Of a DNA stretch of 64,000 nucleotides, positions 22,168-32,941 are shown piece by piece. A model generated the notes under the pieces. It was not told the origin of the DNA. It ran no database searches and worked only from the letters and a program-made list of their open reading frames with translations. Within the stretch, counting starts at the first letter, position 1. The number at the start of each line of letters is the position of its first letter. Origin of the DNA: Raillietiella orientalis (lineage: Eukaryota); contig JAYWIR010000113.1 in assembly GCA_036172245.1 (NCBI GenBank), positions 62,001-126,000 on the forward strand, read 5' to 3'. A program made the translations under genes and the position numbers.

Positions 22168-25100
22168 GTGCGTGGGCTCGCCTTCTGCCGCCGCTTGCGC
22201 ATCACCTGTTGGAATGTCAACGGGTTGCGCGACGGCGGAAAGAGGCGAGATGTAGCCGCCATACTGCGAGACTTCGACCTGGTGCTCCTGCAAGAGACGC
22301 ACGTACTCCGACCGGGAGATGTCCAGGAAATCGAAAGAATCGCGGGAGGGCGGCTACTGTGGAGGAACGGAACGGACAACTCCTGCGGAGTGGCCTTTCT
22401 GCTAAAGCCAACCGTCGACAACTCACTGCGGAGTGCACGGCTCGACGGGGATGGTCGAGTTGGGCAGCTTGTGTTCAAGTGGTCCGACTCGATCGACCTC
22501 GTAGTCACGAACCTGTACGCTCCGGTGAGCAGCCACAGGGCCGAGGAACGCACTGCGTTCTTCGAAACCTTGCGGCGAGACTGGTTGGCCGAAGAAGGCG
22601 TGCGAAGGGCGCACCTCATTGCGGGCGATTTCAATCTCCGCCTGCTGGCAGGTGCGCCCAGCGGACGAGCACAGCTGGTCAACGAGTTGTGCGCAGCCAT
22701 GCATGCGCGCAACTTGTTGGCCGGTGATGCCGGGAGAGATCGGAACATCGACCACATGTTCCTCGACAACCACCTGTGCACGCGGGTGGGAACTCGAGGA
22801 ACGCTCCCGGCAGAGCTGTCCGACCATCCACGGCTCGTGCTCGAGTTACATCCGCGCAATAAGGGCCCTACCCTGAAAACATGGCGCCTGCCAGGGGATT
22901 GGTTGCGCCTCGCAGGAGCGGCGGAACATCTACGCTGTTTCCTGCGAGGATTCCAGCTTCAGACGCTCGCGGACTGGGACGAAATGAAGTGCTCAGTCCG
23001 TGAGTTTTGCGACCAGTTTCCCCTGGAACGTCTTCCGCCGGGCTTCGGTGAGGGTGTCAGGAACGAGCGGGCGTACCTCCAGGCGCGCCTTTATTCCCGG
23101 CGTCCCGACATCCGTCGCCTGGCTGAATTCAAGGATGAGGCGGAGAGGCAGGCCTGGCAGTCAGGCTCGGCCTGTTTGCTGGATCATCAGGGCCAAGAAC
23201 GCTCCAGCCCAGCCCAGGTAAGCCGCATCGTGCAAGAGTTTTATTCCTCCTTGTACGCGCCACTAACACCTGAGCGCCATTTCGCGCAGCGCCTGCTGCC
23301 GGATGGTGCTCCCGCGCTCAAGGAGGAGGACCGTTCCAGATTGGCGGAACCGTTCACGATGGCGGAGATCATCTCCGCCATCAACAGGCTAAAGAGAAGG
23401 AAGGCACCAGGGGAGGACGGCCTGCCCGCGGAGTTTTACCATCGCTTCGCGCCAGAGCTGGCCCCCCTGGTGCTCAGGTTAAGTGCGCTGATCCGCGAAC
23501 ACGGCGAAGTTCCCGCCTCGTTCCGGTCAGCTAAAGTACGTCTCCTGCCGAAGTCAGGAGACTTACGCAACATTGGACACTGGCGTCCCATCACAGTAGT
23601 AAATGCGGACGCAAAGTTGTATGCCAAGTTGTGTGCTCAGCGTTTGGGGGGGGTGGCCGCTTCCGTGGTGAGTCCCGAGCAGACCTATGCTGTTCCCGGA
23701 CGAACCATGGAGGCCAACCTGCTCCTCGCCAGCTCATGGTGGCAGTTGCGACAACGCGTTGCACAGGACGGTCAAGGGAGCCTCGCGCCCCCCTCTGACC
23801 AAGAAGATCGTGCAGAGGGTGGGATGGACTCGGCGGGAGCCTTTGCTGTCGCGGTCGATTTGCACAAAGCATTCGACTGCGTCGACCAGGATCTCCTTCT
23901 GGAGCTCCTGGAACGAATGGGATTCCCGTCCGTGCTCCAGTCCTACCTGCGCTCCTGCTGGCGCAACGCGTTGATTAACATTGTTTTCAGCGGCCGGCAC
24001 GTGTATGGCGTGCCAGTGCGCCGCGGCATCCGGCAGGGTGACAGCCTGAGCCCCTTGCTCTTCAGCATCTACTTCGAGTTGGTGCTGAGGGCATACAGGG
24101 TAACTCTGGCAACCCTGCCGAGCTCGTGTGCCGGCACGCCTGCCGTGTCGGCCTATGCAAACGATCTTCTGCTGCTGCTTCCCGGGTCCACCCCGGCGAG
24201 TGCACTCGAGGACTTCTTCGAGTTGCTGCGCCGCGGGACGGGCCTGGAGGTGAACAGGGCGAAGTCGTCCATGGTCTTCGTCGGTTCGGCGTGGGCTGGA
24301 CGGTCGGACTGGATCCGCTTGGGGATCCCCACGGGCAGGTGCTTTAAGTACCTCGGCGTACCGTTGGGGGACTTCTGCGCAGCAGAAGCCTGGTCCGACC
24401 GTCTCCAAAAGGCAGCGTTGGCGATCGGTCCGTTCCAAGAAGGCAAGTTTTACTTGCAGGAACGGGCCGCGGTGTGGAACGCGTTTGCGGCTCCCCTCCT
24501 TCGCCCCCTACTTTTTGTTTGCCCCGCCCCTTATTTTATTCGGAAACGAGCAGCGGGCCTCCTGAGGACAGTCCTTTGGGGCAAAGGGAGGTCCCGTGTG
24601 AGGCTCAAAGACTTGTGCGCTCCACGTAAGGACGGTGGACTTGGCGTACTTACGCTGGAGCGCATGGAACTACAACTTCGATTCAGGACTCTCGCCCTTG
24701 CGGCAGAATTGTGGGACACGCCTTGGTGCGTTCCAGCACGCCTCCTGGCCCAACGAGCCTGCGGAATCGGCGGACTTTTGTCGTTTCTGGCTGCGCGCGT
24801 CTGCATAAAACCATACTGTGGCTCTATGCTGCGACGCATCTTTGTTGCGGTTCGGGAGAACGCCTGGATCTCCTGCCTCCCAGGGAACTACTCCGCCTGG
24901 TTGCACGAGTCAGTCTCCAGCTGGGTAAAGATCCAATTTCCGGCGGGCACAAGAAACACTTGTATGAAAAGGCACGCCCGCTGGACGCTGCAGGAGATCG
25001 TGCAGTCCCACGACAAGCTTCTGTGGGCCTTGATAACCCCCCTCGACCCAGTGCTGCCCTTCCTTGTGAATGCCAGGGACAGTAGCGAGCAGGGGAAATG

Positions 25101-25713
25101 GACCGTGTCCTGCACTATAGGCGGCAGGACACAATCGATAAAGGCGAGGATATCTCGGCAGCTAGCTGACGCTGCGACGCCGAGTGTCCCGCCCAACGGA
25201 ATTCGACGCTGGGGCGAGCTACTCGGACTATCTCCGGAGGAGATGAAGTGGCCCCCAGCGTCCTGGAACAGTGCATCCCTCCCCCTAAAATGGCAGGATG
25301 TGGCGTTGCTTGTGGTACTCTGGGGATTACCATTTAAAGCACGCCTGCACCACACCACCCGGGGGGCTGTGGATTCCAATTGTGACCGGTGTGGGGAAAA
25401 AGAAACATTCCCCCACCTTCTCCTTGAGTGTAGCGCCCTCCGCCCTTTGTGGGATCGTCTCGCGGCGATCCTGGACTTGCGCGGATGCGGCCCAAAGGAC
25501 GTTTTCAGGCGCCTCTTCTGTAGTGACGCCTTGTCCCCGCCCGCTAGTGTAGCAGTCCTCTGCTGCATCAGAGGAATAGTTGCGGTTTGGAACGCCCCAG
25601 AAGAAGGCGTCAGCCAACAGGCAACGCCTTACACTGGACTCGCCTTTTCGCGCGCAGTGGCTGCAAGTGGCGCCACTTGGGCGCTGAAAGGACTCAGCTT
25701 GTGCGGATCCTGA
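22168..25713 (+). CDS. A2 ORF2, 1181 aa APE endonuclease-reverse transcriptase-zinc finger; YADD changed to YAND; probable frameshift near 25645
   Basis: WNVNG, LQETH, GVAF, YAP, GDFN, IDH, SDH; DLHKAFD, GIRQGDSLSP, YAND, KYLG; CDRCGEKETFPHLLLEC. Confidence 0.95.
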   Translation: MRGLAFCRRLRITCWNVNGLRDGGKRRDVAAILRDFDLVLLQETHVLRPGDVQEIERIAGGRLLWRNGTDNSCGVAFLLKPTVDNSLRSARLDGDGRVGQLVFKWSDSIDLVVTNLYAPVSSHRAEERTAFFETLRRDWLAEEGVRRAHLIAGDFNLRLLAGAPSGRAQLVNELCAAMHARNLLAGDAGRDRNIDHMFLDNHLCTRVGTRGTLPAELSDHPRLVLELHPRNKGPTLKTWRLPGDWLRLAGAAEHLRCFLRGFQLQTLADWDEMKCSVREFCDQFPLERLPPGFGEGVRNERAYLQARLYSRRPDIRRLAEFKDEAERQAWQSGSACLLDHQGQERSSPAQVSRIVQEFYSSLYAPLTPERHFAQRLLPDGAPALKEEDRSRLAEPFTMAEIISAINRLKRRKAPGEDGLPAEFYHRFAPELAPLVLRLSALIREHGEVPASFRSAKVRLLPKSGDLRNIGHWRPITVVNADAKLYAKLCAQRLGGVAASVVSPEQTYAVPGRTMEANLLLASSWWQLRQRVAQDGQGSLAPPSDQEDRAEGGMDSAGAFAVAVDLHKAFDCVDQDLLLELLERMGFPSVLQSYLRSCWRNALINIVFSGRHVYGVPVRRGIRQGDSLSPLLFSIYFELVLRAYRVTLATLPSSCAGTPAVSAYANDLLLLLPGSTPASALEDFFELLRRGTGLEVNRAKSSMVFVGSAWAGRSDWIRLGIPTGRCFKYLGVPLGDFCAAEAWSDRLQKAALAIGPFQEGKFYLQERAAVWNAFAAPLLRPLLFVCPAPYFIRKRAAGLLRTVLWGKGRSRVRLKDLCAPRKDGGLGVLTLERMELQLRFRTLALAAELWDTPWCVPARLLAQRACGIGGLLSFLAARVCIKPYCGSMLRRIFVAVRENAWISCLPGNYSAWLHESVSSWVKIQFPAGTRNTCMKRHARWTLQEIVQSHDKLLWALITPLDPVLPFLVNARDSSEQGKWTVSCTIGGRTQSIKARISRQLADAATPSVPPNGIRRWGELLGLSPEEMKWPPASWNSASLPLKWQDVALLVVLWGLPFKARLHHTTRGAVDSNCDRCGEKETFPHLLLECSALRPLWDRLAAILDLRGCGPKDVFRRLFCSDALSPPASVAVLCCIRGIVAVWNAPEEGVSQQATPYTGLAFSRAVAASGATWALKGLSLCGS

Positions 25714-25979
25714 ATAGGATCTAGAGGACCTCTCCACGCGCACCGTGATCCCTTCCTCGCCCTCCCACCCCTACAACATTTGTTCCCCCCCACATTTGAA
25801 CTTTTTGTTTCTTTTTGTTTTTCTTTATTTCCCATCCCCGCGCATCGGAAGGACCTCTCCGGCACGGAGCCGGTAACCAGCAAGCTGTTTTGGAGTGGTG
25901 AACCTTCGGGTTCGCCACGCGACATTTTTCTGTAATTTTATTTCTATGAAATAAATTCCCCGCCACATCCGGGTGTGAA

Positions 25980-27362
25980 CAACCCGTTGCGGCGCGAACC
26001 CCGACGCCGCGACAAAGTCGCGAGCTTAGCGTGAGCAGCGACGACCGGGACTTCAACAAGGCGGCGGAAGAGTTGGCAGCCATGCTCCAGCAGCCTCCCA
26101 AGGCCCAGAAGAAGGCCTTGAGGCGTCCGGGTGAGGCAAAAGGACCGGAGACTTCCGAGTCCGAAGCCGAAGCCGGCAACGCTCCGGCTGTCGCTCTCCC
26201 GAAGCGCAAAGCGGGACGCAAGGTAAGCAACCCGCGGCTTTCCGAACCTCCACCGGCGGAGGAGGAAATGCGGTCGGACCACGACGACGGGGAGGCGATG
26301 TCCGCGAGGTCTCGCGACTCCTCGCCGGACACGTCCCTGGCCAAGCAGGATCCTCCAACCACCACCACAACCTCCGACGGACCGCCTCCTTGCGAGGAAA
26401 AGCCCGTCGCAATGGATACACAACTCTTGCCTCCTGAACAGCAGGCGGAGGACGGTAAGGAAGCACAATAAACACACCAACGCGTAAACTCTCCTCCTGC
26501 CGGCGAGTGCGCGTAATCTGTTGGAACGTAAACGGGTTGCGCGACGACGGCAAGAGGAGAGAAGTGGCCGCCAGCCTGCGGGACTTCGACCTGGCGCTTC
26601 TGCAGGAGACGCACGTGCTCCACGCTGGAGAGGCCCAAGAAATCGAACGGATCGCAGGCGGGCGGCTCATATACGAGGACGGGAGAGACCACACCCGCGG
26701 TGTGGCTTTCATGCTGAAGCCAGCCGTCGTTAATGCGCTGCGCGACGTGCACTTCGACGGTATAGGTAAAATCGGGCAGCTTGTTGCCAAGTTGTCCGAC
26801 GCGATCGACCTCGTCCTGACCAACGTGTACGCGCCCGGCACGAGCCACAGGCGCGGGGAACGCACTGCGTTCTTCGAAGGCCTGCGGCGAGATTGGCTGG
26901 CCGAAGCAGACATGCGAAAGGCGCACCTCATTGCCGGGGACTTTAACGTCCGCCTGCTGGCAGGTGAGCCCGACATTCGCGCACAGCTGGTCAACGAGAT
27001 GTGCGCTGCCATGCACGCGCGCAACTTGTAGGTCGGTGACGCCGGGACGGAGACGAGGATCGACCACATGTTCCTCGACAACCACTTGTGTTCGCAAGTG
27101 GGAAGTCGAGGGGCAGTTGCATCCGAACTTTCCGGCCATACCCGGCTCGCGCAAGAAATACACCCGCGCGGTAGATGTCCACCCTTCACAGCGTGGCGTT
27201 TGCCAGGGGACTAATTGCGCCTCGAAGGAGCAGCGAAACATCTTCGCTCGTTCCTGCAAGGCTTCCATCTGCAGTCGCTCGCGGACTGGGACGACCTGAA
27301 GAGCTCAGTCCGCGAGTTCTGCGACCAGTTTCCCCTGAACCGTCTTCCTCGTGGCTTCGGCG
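25980..27362 (+). mobile_element. LINE H part 1 (ORF1 tail + EN), A-like lineage, interrupted by I
   Basis: FNKAAEELAAML, WNVNG...GDFN, ending at LPRGFG. Confidence 0.92.
27353..27362 (+). repeat. TSD of I, left copy GGCTTCGGCG (right copy GGATTCGGCG at 32942-32951)
   Basis: 9/10 identity, and the host frame ...GFG|GFGDG... is continuous. Confidence 0.85.
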
Positions 27363-30300
27363 TTGCCACCCGGGTACGCCCGGGGCGTTTATTTTTAAAA
27401 ACTCTACACTTGCGGTACCAAGGACTTATGCACGGGACCTACCGGGACACCGATACGCAGTCCGGCGTGGCACTCCCCGGCAGCGAAAGGGGATGGGGAA
27501 AAACAAAAATAAAAACAAAAAGGCAAATAAAAAAGTGAGGTTGGGGGGCAGGGAAGGGATCACTGTTCGCTGAGAGGAGGGCCCATCCGTTGAAGGAAGC
27601 CCTCGAGGTCCATCCGTAGATTCCCCATTTGGGGCCATCCAGCAGCTCTTCGCAAGAAGCGTTGGGCATATGGGATGACATCACTCGCGTGTTGACCCAC
27701 TCCTTCCTTGTTGGTGTCGCTCAATGCCGCCACGATGCCTCGGACGCAGCACAAGGCTGCAAGGGCTGCGGCTGGCTGCAGGGCGTCCTTCACGAAGAGG
27801 GGCCGAAGAACGTCTCTAGGGGAACTTCCCGTTGGGAGACCGAGGATCGTCCCAAACCGTTTTCAAAAAGGACGAAGGGCAGCACAGTCCAGAATAAGGT
27901 GGAAGAGCGATTCCCGCTCTCCGCACCTGACACAAGCTGGATCCACAACTCCTCTTGTCCAGTGAGAGCGGCGTGTGTTGCAGGGTAAACCCCAATGCAA
28001 CAACAGCAACGCCGTCTCTTTCTACTTAAGGGGCAGGATCCTGGATTCCTGAAGAAGCGGGGGCCACTTCAGCACATCCATAGGGATGGCCAGAAGCTCG
28101 CCCCATCTTCTTAGTCCTCGCAACTGGACGCTCGGGGTCGTGGCGTCTGCCAGTTCTCCTGTTGTCCATCCGCTGATCAACTATTCGCGTCCCTCGATGC
28201 AGCAGGAGACTTGCCACCTTGGCGTCCGGATGCTGTGCAGTGCCTCCTCAGGAAGGGCAGCGCCGTAGCTAGGCAGGTCGTCCCTGCCCACGTGCATCTT
28301 GCTGCACCCTCCAGGAGATTCCGCAGCGTGCAGCGGACGTAGGGGCTGCATCGGAGACGATTCCACGTCTCGTGGCTTCTCTGGTGAACCACTGCCCACG
28401 TTCCAATATTCTCCTCCAGCCAGGCGGGTTAGTTGGCGGGGCAGCAAACCATCCAGCTGTTCTCCTTGGCCAATGTTGCCATGCGCCCGAGCAGTAGGCC
28501 GCATCTTCGCATCTTCCGGCCACAGCTGAGAAGAAAAGACGCGAGTCCATCGCACCGGGACACGCGGCTGGCCAGGAGGCAGGCCGGAGTGCACCAAGGG
28601 GTGCACCACATCTTCGCTGCGATGGCGAGGGTTCGCCACCGCAGCTGCTTCTCCAGTCGCTCCAGCGTCAGGAGGCCAAGACCGCCGTCCCGACGCGGAG
28701 CGCACAAGTCCTTCAGTGGGACTCGGGGCCTCCCCTTGCCCCAAAGGGCGATACGGAGGAGGTCCTTCGTCCTCTTCTTGGATTCCACGGTGGGGGGGCA
28801 AACAAAAAGCAAGGGGCGGAGGATGGGGGCCGCGGAGGCGTTCCAAACCGCGGCCCGTTCCGGCAAGTGAAACTTGCCTTCCAGGAACGGGCCGATCGCC
28901 GTCTCGACTTTTTGGAGGCAGCTGGACCACGCTTCCTCAGGGGAGTAGTCCCCCAACGGCACACCAAGGTACTTGAAGCACTTCGCCGTGGGGATCCCCA
29001 GACGGACCCAGTCCTGCTGCCCTGCCCACGCCGCACCTATTGGCACAACCGACGACTTCACCCTGTAAACCTGCAGTCCGGTCCCGCGGCTGAGCAGATC
29101 GAAGAAGTCTTCGACCGCCTTCGCCGGGGTGGACATTGGCAACAAGAGCAGAAGATAGTCGGCGTACGCTGCTACGGCGGGCGTGCCGGGGCACGAGCTC
29201 GGCAAGGGGGCCAAAGTCACCATGTACGCTCTAAGCACCAAATCAAAGTAGGTGCTAAAAAGCAGGGGGCTTTGGCTATCGCCCTACCTTATGCACCGCC
29301 GCACCGGCACGCCATACACCTTCTGTCCACTGAAACAGACGGTAATCATCGCATTCCGCTAGCAAGAGCGCAGGTAGGAAATCAGGGAGGTTGGGAAGCC
29401 CATGCGACCCAGGAGCTCCAAGAGGAGTTCCTGGTCTACACAGTCGAACGCCTTGTGGAGAACGACTGCGAGTGCTAGGGCCCGCTTCCCTGCCCGGGGG
29501 TCCCTTCCCAGCCCGGCTGGCGGCCCCAATGTGGGGTTGCCGACTTTCCCTATCCCTTTCTTTTCTCTTCTCTGAAGGCGCACCCATGTGCTTGCGAAGA
29601 AGAGGTTGGCATCCATACTTCGCCCGGGAACAGCATAACTCTGCTCCGGGCTAATTTCGGATTCTGCCACCTGCCCCAGACGCGAAGCCCATAGCCCTGC
29701 GATCAACTTGGCGTCCGTAGTCACGATCGTGATCGGACGCCAGTTCTTTAAATCCCTGAGGTCTCCCCCTTTCGGAAGGAGCCTCACTCTGGCTGACCTA
29801 AACGAGGCGGGAACATCGCCTTCGTCTCGGATCAGCCTGATCAACTAAAGCAGCAGGGGTGCCAGCTCTTCCGCAAAGCTCTGAAAGAACTCCGCGGGCA
29901 AGCCGTCTTCCCCTGGAGCTTTACGCCTCTTGAGCTTTTTGATAACGGCGAGAATTTCGCCGGTGGTAAAAGGCTCGTCGAGGCATTCCATCTCCTTTTC
30001 CCCTATTGCCGGGGCGCCATCCGAAAGCAAGTGCGGACAGGCGTCTCGATGCGGGGGCTCCCTGGCGTAAAGGGAGGAATAGAAACTCCGCACGAGATGC
30101 CGTACCGACGCCGGCGACGAACATTACCGGTCCTGGTCGTCCAGAAAGCTGGCCGACCCGGATTGCCAGGCTTGGCGTTCGGCTTCGGCGCGGTACTCGG
30201 CCAAGCGACGGACATTAGGGGTTCTTTCGTACCTACGAGCCTGTAAATAGGCCCGATGGTGGCGAGCACCCTCGCCTAATCCGGGGTGCAGGCGAACCAG

Positions 30301-32941
30301 GGGGAACTGCTCACAGAACTCGCGGACCGATTCCTTAAAAAGGTCCCAGTCCTGGAGATTCCGGAGCGTAACACCTCTCAGGTATTCGCGAAGGTATTCC
30401 TTCGCACCTGAGAGTCGCGTTCATTCCCCCGGCTGACGCCAATCCCTGGATGGCGGTCCCTTGTCAAGAGGCCGTATCTCGAAAATTAACCGGGAATGGT
30501 CCGACAACGTCGACGCAACCCTCCCCCGTTTGCCGACCCGTGAACACAGGTCAGCGTCGAGGAAGACGTGGTCGATGCTGCGGACCATTCCCCTCTCACC
30601 CGCGAACAAGTTGCGCGCACGCATGGCGGCGCACAACTCGTTCATCGCGTTCTCTTGTGTTTCTGGCTCACCTGTTTGCAGACGGAGATTGAAAACTCCC
30701 GCTATCAGGTGAGCCTTCCGCACGTTCGTGTCCGCCAGCCAGTCGCGCTTCAGGGAATCCAGCAGCCTGGTACGGTCGCTGTATCCCTGTTTACCGCTGG
30801 GGGCGTACACATTCGTGACGATCGGTTCGATCGAGTCGGACCAGCTGAGAATCAGCTGACCGACACGACCGTCGTCATCGAAGCGCACGCCCTCCACGGC
30901 AGCGTCGATGGCCGCCTTCACGAAGAACGCGACCCCGCAGGTGTTGCGGAGGCCGCACCGCCAATACAGCCGACCCCCCGCGATCGTCTCGATCTCCTGG
31001 GCGTCTGCCGCGGTGATCACGTGGATCTCCTGCAGCAGGGCCAGGTCGAGCTCACGCAGGGTGTCGGCCGTATCTCGCCTGTTACCGTCGTCGCGCAGCC
31101 CGTTGACGTTCCAACAGGAGGCGCGAAACCGACGGCGACTGGCGAGCCCAGGTGTTACTCCTGGGAAGATGGCGATGCGGCTTCCGCCACCTGTTGGGGC
31201 GGGACTCTAGGTGGAGGAGGAGGGTCAGGCGCTGCGTCCACCTGGTCCCCCTCCTCCATCGGTAACGGCGCGTCGAGCGAGTCACCCTCAGGTGGGGTCG
31301 CGCCTACCTGTAGGCCCTCCTCCATGGGGGTGGCCGGCTCGACGGCTTCCGAGCGTGGGAGTTCCCCCTCCGGGATTCCCACGCTACCGTTACCTTCCTG
31401 CTTCTCCTCCTCTCTGGTGGAGGAAAGGCGCCTCCTGGGTTTCTGGGACTTGCGTCCCGACTTCCTGGGGGGTGCCTCCGAGGAGGAGGATGCACTTCCG
31501 GCCCTGAGGTCCGACTCACCTGTAGGGGCCTTTTTGGCGGGTGCCGGCCTTTGCACGGCCTTGCGCGAGGTTTTCCCACGCAAGGCTAGCGTGGCCGAGA
31601 GTTCCTCCGCCGCCTGAGTGAACGCGGCGTCCTCGGCTTCGACGGTAGCTATTTCGCGCGGCTCACCCTCTGTGTAAACAGAGGGTTCGCCGTCGCGAAC
31701 CTCGGGCGCGGCGGAAACGGCGAGAAAAGGCTCGTCGCCCCGGGTGGCAATCTCGGGAACGGCTATGTGCTCCAGCGCTACCGTACACTCGCGCATGGTC
31801 TTAGAGCGCGGCCCAGGTGTTTTCGCCTTGCCGGCTGTCTTTTTTACCGGTTTTGCGGGTTTCGCGGGGGCACCTTTTTCTTCTTCCTGGCCTTGACCAG
31901 CTGCCAGCCGTCTTGTTCTCCCGCGACTTCGGAGGGTTTTTCATGCGACGCCTGTGTGGCAGGAGAAGGGGCTAGCGGCTGCTGCCGACCAGTATCTCTT
32001 TTTGGTCTTTCGACCAGTTTACCGCGTTGTGCCTGTGCTTTCTTTGCAGCAGGCGGCACCGGAGTGGGGCGTTTAGGGCAAACGCGGCGTACGTGGCCCT
32101 TCTCCCCGCATAAGTGGCACACAATGTTCGGGCACCGCTTGCGCAAGTGTCCTACTGCATTGCAGTAGCCACAAAAGCGGGATTTCCCCACGTACCAGAG
32201 GTCTACGACTTCGCCATTGACCACTAGTTTGTGGGAAAGCCCACTCTCCTTCACCATCACGCGCGCGGCGGCCTGCCCTCCGAAAAGGCCATCGTAGCTA
32301 TCGTAGATTGTGGTCTTTGGCCATAGCGCGTGAACATCTCCATACTTTCTTTACTGATCACCAACCGCAGACCGCGTCATGCGGCTGGTGATCCCTGTCA
32401 GATGGACCACTACGGAGCGGTCCATCGAGACTGGTAGGATCTTGCGTCCGTCCACGTTCAGCGGGGAGGTTATCAAGCTTTGCGCCAAGGTGATGTCCTT
32501 GCAGACAACCTCGACGCGCTGACCCCCGCTGAGCACGGATAGACCGTCAAGGTCCTTTTCCAACACGTTGGCGTTCTGCAGCGCTTTCGAAAAAGCGCGT
32601 GCAGTTCGTCCGTCAAAGAGATTGCCTACCTGGTAGACCAAGCTGGGCTTGTACCCAGCTGCCCGGTAGACCGCCATCTCGGCCATGGTTTCCGCGCTCG
32701 GCGCGGCCGCCATGGCGCTCCAGCTCCTCGCTTTGAGCGGCGAGGGCGATTCCGGGACGAACGCCCCTGATTCTGTAGGCTGTAGGGGTGGGCAAGTCTC
32801 CCCCACACCTACCTCCATCGTGGTGTCCTCAGGCATCGCTGCCATCGGACACCAACGATGTTCCACACCAAACAGCACAAGAAAAACCCGCTTCCTGTCG
32901 ACTCACTCGGGAGCGAAGGAAGAACACGTCCACTCGCCAAG
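27363..32941 (-). mobile_element. LINE I, full length (5.58 kb), degenerate ORF1 32836-31155 and ORF2 ~31155-27560, inserted antisense into H
   Basis: GGACGTG at 32931-32925, knuckles CGYCNAVGHLRKRC/CHLCGEKGHVRRVC, EN and RT motifs, AATAAA + hairpin, and a 10-bp TSD. Confidence 0.95.

Larger units (their letters stand above)
20400..25979 (+). mobile_element. LINE A2, full length (5.58 kb), the best-preserved copy
   Basis: 5' motif, two uninterrupted ORFs, T-rich 3' UTR with a UUCG hairpin, and AATAAA at 25950. Confidence 0.97.

Noticed and set aside
1..23700. A1/A2 as terminal inverted repeats or LTRs of one giant element
   Set aside because: They are two LINE copies with their own ORFs and LINE-type ends. 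No transposase or integrase is visible.
25721..27268. 515-aa minus-strand ORF and other long antisense ORFs (e.g. 17459-18709, 30568-31617, 42016-43047)
   Set aside because: These are shadow frames of GC-rich LINE ORFs. They cross element junctions, are not conserved between copies and have no recognisable motifs.
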